Positions 55,411 to 64,000 of a stretch of 64,000 bases of DNA are shown here, one piece after another. This DNA comes from an uncultured Planctomycetaceae bacterium. GTDB lineage: Bacteria > Planctomycetota > Planctomycetia > Pirellulales > PALSA-1355. Position numbers and translations under genes: made by a program. The stretch lies in the NCBI GenBank assembly GCA_963785305.1, contig CAWAUV010000007.1, positions 1,696,001-1,760,000 on the forward strand, written 5' to 3'. The notes under the pieces were generated by a model. The model was given only the letters and a program-made list of their open reading frames with translations, did no database searches and was not told where the DNA came from. Each line of letters begins with the position of its first letter. The first letter of the stretch is position 1.

Positions 55411-58400
55411 TTGCCCCAGTGGCGCCGGCCGCGGGGCGAAACCTCGTTTCGCTCGCGCGGCCGTATTTCGGCCTGATCGCGGTAAGCCTCGCGCTGGTCT
55501 CGCTCGGCGGCGTGGCGGCGATGCTCTCGATGCCCTGCGGCATTTATCCCGAGGTCGCGTTTCCGCGCGTCTCGGTGATCGTGCAAACACCGGGCCTCGC
55601 CGTGAAAGACATGGAGGTGGCGGTCACGCGGCCGATCGAGGAAGCGGTGAGCATCGTGCTCGGCGTGAGCCGAGTGCGGTCGAAGACGATGCGTGGCGCC
55701 GCGGATATTTCGATCGACTTTGCCCCCGGTTCCGACATGATCCAGGCGCTCAATGATGTGCGCGCCCGCATGGCCGAAATCGGCTCGCAGCTTCCGCCCG
55801 GCTCGAGCACGATCGTCGAGCGGCAAACGCCCAGCGTGTTTCCGATCATCTCGTTCGCGGTCACCGGCGGACGCGATCCCTCGTCGCTCCATGATTACGC
55901 CTATTTCGATTTGCGCCCGCGAATCAGCCGGATTCGCGATGTGTCGTATGTGGTGGTGCAAGGCGGTGATGTTCGCGAGATCATCGTCGAAGTCGATCCG
56001 GGAAAACTCGTGGCCGCCGGGCTCTCGATCGCCGAAGTTGCCGATCGTCTCGGCCGCGGGCATCGGCTCAAGGCCGTGGGACGCATGGATCGCGATCGCT
56101 TGCAGTATCAGGTGCTCGTCGACAGCCAAGCCCTGGACCCGAGCGACCTTGAATATCGCGTGATTTCGCAAAAGAACGGCCAGCCGATCTTGCTCGCCGA
56201 TCTGGGACGCGTGGTGATTGGCCACGAAGATCGCACGATGGCCATCCGCGCCAGCGGCCAAAACGCCGTGGCGCTCACCGTGTTTCGCCGGCTCGGCGGC
56301 GACGCCCTCCACGTGTCGAGCGAACTCGAGGCGGTGCTCGCCGACGCCGCCAAGTCGGCCCCGCCGGGCGTGAAAATACTGCCCATCTACGATCAAGGCC
56401 GGCTGGTGCGGGCCGCGATCGGCAGTGTGCGCGACGCGATCATGATCGGCGGCTGCTTGAGCGTGGTGGTCTTGCTCGTGTTTCTCAAGAGTTGGCGGGC
56501 CACGCTCGTGGCGTCGCTTTCGATTCCGCTCAGCCTCGTGATCAGCTTCGTGTTTCTGTATCTCACCGGCGACACGCTCAACTTGATGAGCCTGGGCGGG
56601 CTGGCGGTGGCGATCGGTTTGATTATCGACGACACGGTGGTGGTGGTGGAAAACATTGCCCGGCACTTGGCCCTGGGCCAAACCGGCGATGGCGCCGTGG
56701 AGTCGGCCAGCCGCGAGATCAGCGGGGCCGTCGTCGGCTCGACGCTCACCACGATTCTCGTGTTTCTGCCGCTCACGCTCCTCAGCGGCGTGATCGGGCA
56801 ATTCTTTCAGTCGCTCAGCATCGCGCTCACGGTGTCGCTCTTGGTGTCGATGGTCGTGAGCCTCACGGTGATTCCGGTGCTCGCGGCCCGGTTTCTGGCT
56901 CGGCGACCAATGGCGGACTCGGGCCCGATCTACAACCGCTTGGCCGGCAGCTACGAGGGCCTGCTGCGACTGGCGCTTCGGTTCCCGCGCGTGTCGCTGG
57001 CGATGGCGATCTTGCCGATCGTGCCCGGCTGGATTCTTTTCAATCATCTCGAAACCGGCTTCATGCCCGAAATGGATGAAGGCGCGCTGGTGATCGACTA
57101 CAACATGCCGGTCGGCTCGTCGCTTGTTCAAACCGATAAGGTCGTGCGGCGAATCGAAGCGGTGCTGCTCGAAACGCCCGACATTTCGGGCTATATCCGG
57201 CGCACCGGCGCCGAGATGGGGCTCTTCGCCACGGAGTCGTATACCGGCGATATTCTGGTAAGCCTGAAGCCTTCGAGCGAGCGGCGGCCCACGGAAGAGA
57301 TTTTCGAATCGCTGCGCGAAGATATCCAAAGAGCCGTGCCGGAGCTCGAAGAGCTCGAAATCAAGCACTTGGTCGAAGATCAGATCGATGACCTGGCCGG
57401 GGTGGAATCGCCGATCGAGGTCAAGATATTTGGTCCCGACGTGGCCACGCTCCGCGCGCTGGCCGAAGCGACGGGCGAGATCGTGAAGGCGACGCCCGGC
57501 ACGGCGGATGTCAACACGCATGTGCTGCTCGGCAATCCCGATATCGTCGTGCGGCCCAATAGCATGCGCATCGCGCGGGTCGGGCTGACTGAACAAGATT
57601 TGGAAACCCAACTCAGCGCCGCGCTCTACGGTCAAGTGGCGAGCACGCTGCCCGAGCAAGATCGCATGACGAAGATTCGCGTGCGCTATGCCGATCGGAT
57701 TCGCTACGACGTCGAGCGGCTGAAGGAATTGCCGATTCGTCTACCGGCCGTGGCCCCGACCGGAGCGATTGCCGCGATGGGCAGCGGTGGAAACGCGGCG
57801 GCGGCCCAGGGCCTGGGCGTCGCGAGGCTCGGGCAACTGGCCACGATCTCCACGGTGCGCAGCCCCAACGAACTGTGGCGCGAGAATCAGCAGCCGGTAA
57901 TCACCGTGGCCGCGCAGCTCGCCGGGCGCGACTTGGGCTCGGTGGTGCGCGACCTTCGAACCGGCTTGGCCGACATGAAGTTTCCGACCGGCTATCGCTG
58001 GGAGATCGCCGGAGCCTATCGCGCGCAGCAAGAGGCGTTTGGTAGTTTGGCGATGGTGATCGTGCTCGCGGCGCTGCTGGTGTTTCTGTTGCTCGGTTTT
58101 CAGTTTCGCAGCCTGACACTGCCGCTGCTCATCTTTTTGGCTCAGCCGGTTTCGCTCGTCAGCGCGCTGTTCGCGCTTTGGCTCACGCACACCCCGCTCA
58201 ATGTGTCGAGCCTCATGGGCGCGATTCTCTTGGTGGGGCTCGATGTGAAGAACGGTTTGATCCTGATCGAATACATTGGCCAATTACGGGCCGGCGGCAT
58301 GCCGCTCGACGACGCGCTGCTCAAAGCCGGTCGCACTCGCTTTCGCCCGATTCTCATGACCAGCCTTTCGACGATCTGCGGGCTGCTGCCCTTGGCCTTT

Positions 58401-58562
58401 GGATTTGGGCCGGGGGCGCAAATGCAAAAACCGCTGGCAATTGCCGTGATTGGCGGCCTAGTGGCCAATATGTTGCTCACCCGCCTCCTGATCCCGGTGG
58501 GCTATTTGATGCTCGAACGGGCTCGGTCTGGGCGCCGGGCGGAACAGGGGAAAATCGCTTGA
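55407..58562 (+). CDS. RND efflux permease (AcrB/CusA superfamily)
   Basis: YPEVAFP, GLIIDDTVVVVENI, FMPEMDEG, RFRPILMT, PLAIAVIGG; ATGA overlap with the adaptor gene. Confidence 0.95.
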   Translation: MIAPVAPAAGRNLVSLARPYFGLIAVSLALVSLGGVAAMLSMPCGIYPEVAFPRVSVIVQTPGLAVKDMEVAVTRPIEEAVSIVLGVSRVRSKTMRGAADISIDFAPGSDMIQALNDVRARMAEIGSQLPPGSSTIVERQTPSVFPIISFAVTGGRDPSSLHDYAYFDLRPRISRIRDVSYVVVQGGDVREIIVEVDPGKLVAAGLSIAEVADRLGRGHRLKAVGRMDRDRLQYQVLVDSQALDPSDLEYRVISQKNGQPILLADLGRVVIGHEDRTMAIRASGQNAVALTVFRRLGGDALHVSSELEAVLADAAKSAPPGVKILPIYDQGRLVRAAIGSVRDAIMIGGCLSVVVLLVFLKSWRATLVASLSIPLSLVISFVFLYLTGDTLNLMSLGGLAVAIGLIIDDTVVVVENIARHLALGQTGDGAVESASREISGAVVGSTLTTILVFLPLTLLSGVIGQFFQSLSIALTVSLLVSMVVSLTVIPVLAARFLARRPMADSGPIYNRLAGSYEGLLRLALRFPRVSLAMAILPIVPGWILFNHLETGFMPEMDEGALVIDYNMPVGSSLVQTDKVVRRIEAVLLETPDISGYIRRTGAEMGLFATESYTGDILVSLKPSSERRPTEEIFESLREDIQRAVPELEELEIKHLVEDQIDDLAGVESPIEVKIFGPDVATLRALAEATGEIVKATPGTADVNTHVLLGNPDIVVRPNSMRIARVGLTEQDLETQLSAALYGQVASTLPEQDRMTKIRVRYADRIRYDVERLKELPIRLPAVAPTGAIAAMGSGGNAAAAQGLGVARLGQLATISTVRSPNELWRENQQPVITVAAQLAGRDLGSVVRDLRTGLADMKFPTGYRWEIAGAYRAQQEAFGSLAMVIVLAALLVFLLLGFQFRSLTLPLLIFLAQPVSLVSALFALWLTHTPLNVSSLMGAILLVGLDVKNGLILIEYIGQLRAGGMPLDDALLKAGRTRFRPILMTSLSTICGLLPLAFGFGPGAQMQKPLAIAVIGGLVANMLLTRLLIPVGYLMLERARSGRRAEQGKIA

Positions 58563-58741
58563 AGTCGTTGCCCCCGTTGAAGATTCGTCGCGATTTGCTT
58601 GAAATGAATCTGATCGGCGACTAAGATTAAACTCTTGTCAACCCTGTAGTTGCGGCTCGCGAGCTTTGGAATCCAAATCTCGCCCGCGCCAAGTCCATGC
58701 AGGGACAAAAATTCGCCGCCCGGAAACGCCAAGGGAGTTTC

Positions 58742-60653
58742 ATGCCGATGATTGAATGCAACGCGAAACGTTGTTGGACGCTGCTTGCGCTCTCCGCGTT
58801 TTGCATCGCGCGCGACGCGAGCGCTCAAAACGCCGTGCTCACTGAAATGTATGGCAACGGCGCGCACTCGTATTATGCGGGCGACTATCAACGCGCCGCC
58901 GCGCAACTCGCGGCGGCGATCGAAGGCGGCTCCCAAGACCCGCGCGTGTTTTACTTTCATGGGTTCGCGCTCATGAAGCTTGGCCGAGCGGGCGAAGCCG
59001 AGGCGGACTTCAAAGCCGGCGCGAAACTCGAAAGCGAAGACATCAACCATTTCTATCCGGTGGCTCGCTCGCTCGAACGCGTACAAGGGCGCAGCGAGTG
59101 GCGCTCGAGCGCGAGCGTTCGGTGGCGCGAGCCACGGCCTACGCGCGGGAGCAGCAACGCAACGCGTTGCGTTATGAACAATATCGCCGCGCGGAGCAGC
59201 GCGTGTTGCGTGCCCAGGCGACGCGACCAGCCGAGCCCGCTGGCGGCGCCGCGGAGCCCGCCGAAGAAGCGGCCGCGCCCAGGGGAAAGCTGGCGGTCCG
59301 GCCGAGGTTGCCGCGGGCGACGATCCGTTTGCCGAGGCCGCGGCGCCCGCCGATGGCGCGATGGCGGCTGAGAAACCGGCCGCCGAGCCGAGCGCGGATG
59401 AGGCGTTTGGCGATCCGGCGAAAGCGCCCGCCGCAATGCCCAAGGAAGCGGAGCCGGCCGCGGAAGCCGATCCGTTTGCCGAGCCGCCGGCCGCGAAGGC
59501 CGCTGCCCCGGCGATGGAAGCCGACGAACCGGCGGCTCCTGCCAGCGGCGCCGACGAGCCGACGCCGCCCGCCGCTCCGGCCGCGGCAACAGAGCTTGAA
59601 GATCCGGCGATGGAAGCTCCGGCCGCCAAGAAGCCGGCCGCCAAGGCGGCGACGGAAGACGATCCCTTCGGCGCCGCCGAGCCTGCCGCCGGTGGCGATG
59701 CGATGGCCGATGAAAAACCGGCCGAAGTAAAGCCCGCCGCCAAGAAACCGACGGCGAAGGCCGCGACGGAAGACGATCCCTTCGGCGCCGCCGAGCCTGC
59801 CGCCGGTGGCGATGCGATGGCCGATGAAAAACCGGCCGAAGTAAAGCCCGCCGCCAAGAAACCGACGGCGAAGGCCGCGACGGAAGACGATCCCTTCGGC
59901 GCCGCCGAGCCTGCCGCCGGTGGCGACGCGATGGCCGATGAAAAACCGGCCGAAGTAAAACCCGCCGCCAAGAAGCCGGCCGCCAAGGCGGCGACGGAAG
60001 ACGATCCCTTCGGCGCCGCCGAGCCTGCCACCGGTGGCGATGCGATGGCCGATGAAAAACCGGCCGAAGTAAAGCCCGCCGCCAAGAAACCGACGGCGAA
60101 GGCCGCGACCGACGACGATCTTTTCGGCGCCGACGAGAAGCCGGCCGCCGCGCCGCCCGCCAAGAAGTCGGCCAAGGCTGAAGAGCCCGCCGCGGGCATG
60201 GAGGCCGACGCTCCGGCCGCCGCCGCGAAGCCGGCCTCGGTCGCGGATCCGTTTGGCGATCCCGAACCGTTTCGCGCCACCGCCAAAAAGTCGGCCGATG
60301 GCATGGCCGACGATTCCGCTGGAGAACCCGCGAAGAAGGGCGCCAAGACCACCAAGAAAACCTCGACCAGCAAGGTAGCGCGAAAGGCCGCCGATCCCGC
60401 CGACGCGGCTCCGGCCGTGGCCAATCCCTTTAGCGACGATCCGATTCAGCCAGCCGCCACCGCCAAGCCGGTCGCCAAGGGCGCCGCCGCCAAACGCGCC
60501 GCTCGCGCTAAAGCCGAGGCCGAGGCCGAAGGGCAAAACATGATGCCGGCGAGCGGAGGATTCGGCGATCCCACGGGCGGTCAGGGCATGGCGCCCGGAG
60601 ACCAAATGCCCGTGCTTCCGCCGGGCGCGGGCATGGGCAACGATCCGTTCTAA
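58742..60653 (+). CDS. Secreted TPR protein with acidic Ala/Pro DDPF-repeat tail (indels near 59095 and 59285)
   Basis: Signal peptide, TPR-like YYAGDY...DPRVFYFHG...EAEADF, then repeated DDPFG motifs. Confidence 0.8.
59621..60133 (+). repeat. 114-bp (38-aa) coding tandem repeat, about 4.5 copies
   Basis: GACGGAAGACGATCCC recurs at 59651, 59765, 59879 and 59993, with a variant at 60107. Confidence 0.95.
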
Positions 60654-60920
60654 CACGCTCTGTTTTAGGAACCGGCTCCGTGGTCTCGCGGCCGCCGCGC
60701 ATTGCCGAACTGCATTCCGAGAGCCAGGCACGGCTGTTTCCGGCGCCGCTAGGCGTCGAGTGATTCCTTCCCACCTGATAAATTCCCGCCGCGAAAAAAC
60801 TCCCGGCGCCCTCGTTTCGCGCTCGACCGCCGAGCACAATAGGGACCGGTCGCTCGGCGAATTATTTCGCCCCCAACCGCTTCGCTCGTCCCCTCCCGTT
60901 CGTTGTCGGAGAATCTATTC

Positions 60921-63814
60921 ATGGGCCACGCGTTTCGCGCTTCGCTGCTTGGGCTGCTGACTCTTTGCTCCGCGATGAATACATGCGCCGCGGCGCCGGT
61001 GGTGCGCGAGATCATGCCGCGCGGACTTCAGGCAGGCGCTACCACGACACTGGTGCTCGATGGCGCCGGTCTCGCGAGCGATCTTCGCATTGTGGGAATC
61101 GGATTTCCGATCGCGAAGCAGAGCGTCAAGGCCGGCGGAAAGGCCGAACGCGTCGAGGTCGAAATCACGCTCGATCCCGCCGTGGCGCCGGGAGTGTACC
61201 GAGTGCACGCGGCGACGAGCGAAGGGCTGTCACCGGCCCAGTTGATCGCCATCGGCTCACTGCCCGAGCGGGCGCTCGCCGCGAAATTCGAATCGCTGCC
61301 CGTGGCGTTGAGCGGCGCCATCGCCGGCGGCGGCGTGACGGGCACGAGCTTTACCGGCAAAGCGGGCCAACGCATCGTGGCCGACGTGATGGCTCGCCGG
61401 CTGGGAGCGGCCACCGATCCGATGGTGCGAATTCTCGACCCCGCGGTAAACAAATCGCCTGGAGCCCCGCGCGGCGGGCGATCGATGGCGACGCTCGCGC
61501 CGAATGCGTGTTGCCGAGCGATGGCGAATATCGCGTCGAGCTGCACGACGCGCTCTACCGCGCCGCCGACCCGCGGCATTTTCGTCTGGCGATTGGCGAC
61601 TTGAATTATGCCGACTTCGTCTTTCCGCTGGCCATCGAGCGATCGCACTCCGCGGACCTCGCCCTGGTGAACACGACACTCGCGCCGGCCCAAGCCAAGG
61701 TTTCGCTCGCGGCCGACGCGCTCGCCGGACTCCAGGCAATCCCTTGGCCCTCGGGCGCGGCGAATCTCACCGGCGGCCGGCCGGGAGTGCTGGCGAGCGA
61801 GTCGCCCGCGGTGGTCGCGCAGCCAGGGCCCGACGGCGTGTGCGAGTTGCCGGCGCCGCCGATCGTGGCTTCGGCTCGATTCGCGACCGCGAAGGCCACC
61901 GGTGTGTTCAAGCTACCGGTTACACCGGGCGAAAAATTAAGAGTTGAAATAACGGCGGACCGCTTGGGACTCCCGGTCGACGCGGTGCTCAATGTCGAAA
62001 AGGAAAAAGGCGGCTCGCTCGGCTCGAACGACGATCACGCGGGATCGAAAGATCCGGCCGTCGAGTTCACCGTGCCTGAAGGCACGAACAAGATCGTCAT
62101 TCGGACCCATGATCTCTATGGCGCCGGCGGCGACGATCATTTGTATCGACTTTCGGTCACTCCGGTCGGCAAGCCCGATTTCAAACTTTCGCTCGAACAC
62201 GACACACTGGAAACGGCGCCGGGCCGCGCTTCGCTGGTGCGAGTGACCGCCGAGCGAGCCGGTTACGCGGGCCCGATCAAGCTCACGGCCCTCGGCTTGC
62301 CCAGTGGCTGGACACTCGCTCCGAGCGAGATTCCCGCGGGCGCCGACCAGGCGCTCGTGTCGCTGATCGCCGCGGCCGACGCCCCGGCGGGCGGCTTGGG
62401 CGTGGGTTCGATTCGAGGCGAGAGCGTGGGCCTCGATCCGCCGGTGTCGCGCGAGGCAATGGCGCCTGATGCGCCGGCCTATCGCTTGCAACCTTGGTTG
62501 CGGCGCGAGCTCGCGGTCGGCGCGAAGGCGGCCGGACCGATCGAACTCGTGTGGTCGGATTGGAACGAAACCGCTTCGCTCGCCGCCGGGGCCAAGGCGC
62601 CGATCAAGGTCGAGATCAAACGGGCCGCCGGCATCGTCGGCCCAGTGCGAGTCACGCTCGAAACCACGCAGAGCGTGCCCAAGAAAACGGTGAAGGAGAA
62701 AAACGTGGACAAGTCGGTCGAGGCCACGGAACGCGCCTTGCGCTTGGCCGCCCCGATCGAAATCGCCGCCGACCAGACCATCGGCAGCGGTGAATTGATC
62801 GTTCCGGGCGATCTGCCGCCCCATGTATACGATCTGGCTCTGCGCGGCGAACTGCTCTCGGGCGACAAGAAAACCGTGGTCACCACGGCCGACTCGGCGC
62901 CGCGCCGAGCGACCAGTGTCGCGGCGATGACGCTCGAGCTCGCCGGGCCGGCGGAAGTCATGGGCCGCGCCGGTTTGGGTGACGCGGGGCAACTTACCGG
63001 CAAAGTGACTCGCGCGGCCGGATTCCGGGCGCCGATCAAGGTGCAACTTGCGGGGCTTCCCAAGGACACGCCGTCGCCCGTGGTCACGCTCGAAGGCGAG
63101 GCGGTCGATTTCTCGCTACCGCTTTCGTTTCGCTTCGGCGCGGCGACCGGCCCGGTGGCTGACGCGAAGCTCGTGGCGTTGAGCTCGCCCGATGCCCAGA
63201 ATCCGGCGATCGAAGCGCGATCAAACGAAGTCGCGATCAAGCTCACGATCGCTCCGGGCGAGAAGCCGCCGGCGAATCCGGCGCTGGTGATTTTCGAGGA
63301 TCAGCCCGAGTTCATCGCGGCCCTCACCGAAGGCGATGGCATGGCGACGCTCGACACCGAGCAAAAATACTCCGGCATCGCGAGTTGCCAGGTCACGCCC
63401 AGCCAGCGGTTCAATCCGAATCTACCGGGGCTCGATGTGAAGATTCGTGAGCGACCGGCGGCGGGCGAATATCGGTATCTTCGGTTTGCTTGGCTCAAGA
63501 GCGGTGGCGAGAAGATTTGCTTCCAACTCAACCACGACGGCCAGTGGGGCCCGATCGGCAACAAGCCAGCCAAGTTCCGCTACCATGCCGGCGCCCAGGA
63601 GTGTTTTGGCGCTTCGCTGAAAGTGGCCGATCAGCTGCCGGTCGAGTTTACGATCGTCACTCGCGATCTGTTCGCCGACTTTGGCGAGTTTACGCTCAAG
63701 GGCATCGCGCTCTCACCGGTCGACGGCAATTTTGCCTTGTTCGACCATATCGAACTTGGCCAAACGATGGACGATTTCGAATCCGGCAAAGCCGCGCCGG
63801 CCAAGAAGCCGTGA
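60921..63814 (+). CDS. Large secreted protein with pre-peptidase C-terminal (PPC)-like and Ig-like repeats; indel near 61445
   Basis: Signal peptide, PRGLQAG, ARRLGAATDP, RLGLPVDAVL..NDD..DP, C-terminal YRYLRFAW beta domain. Confidence 0.8.
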
Positions 63815-64000
63815 TCGCCCCGGGGCGCGGGCGATCGTGGTTCGGCGCGCGTCGTTGGGCGCCGCGAGGTCAAGGCGCCGGAGCGTCGGACGAGGCGATG
63901 TTTCGCGTCGCGGACCGGGCGGCGGCCAAGCGCGCGGCGGCGTCGCGACGGAATGTCCAGACTTTGACTTCGCCGTTGGCGCTCGACCAAAACAGTTCGA

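Noticed and set aside
59621..60133. Possible CRISPR array
   Set aside because: The units are contiguous, in frame and have no unique spacers
828..63814. Mass pseudogenisation or programmed frameshifting suggested by more than 15 split genes
   Set aside because: The breaks hit housekeeping genes (aceE, aceF, fabZ, aminotransferase), include compensating indels (aceE 8850-8990) and come with no other decay. Long-read consensus error is the simplest explanation

Overview
High-GC chromosomal window that looks planctomycete-like (DUF1559 prepilin-type protein, PPC-like protein, FHA-GAF sigma-54 activator, DDPF-repeat secreted protein). From left to right it contains: a very large beta-strand-repeat surface protein running off the left edge; lpdA-aceE-aceF (pyruvate dehydrogenase); a uracil-DNA glycosylase; a Hanks kinase coupled to a pseudo-receiver; and a rhomboid protease. 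A mobile-element hotspot follows at about 20.6-25.6 kb, made of a complete group II intron, an internally deleted RAYT transposase remnant, an IS630, an orphan IS21 end and a GH144-like gene. After it come an oppABC operon carrying a CACGGAA inverted-repeat element, a phytoene-desaturase-like/fabZ/fabI/glcF-like operon, an RloA/RloB-like pair, a CHASE3 two-component cluster, an ISAs1 with a 9-bp target duplication, and a TolC/MFP/RND efflux system. The strongest finding is the intron's target site: it sits in the hairpin (REP-like) sequence at the 3' end of the RAYT remnant, and an 11-nt intron segment (GTCCTGACCCC) is exactly complementary to the rejoined target. Many housekeeping genes are split by single-base indels, which is most likely long-read consensus error, so frameshift-based claims are treated cautiously. 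No rRNA, tRNA or CRISPR array was seen.
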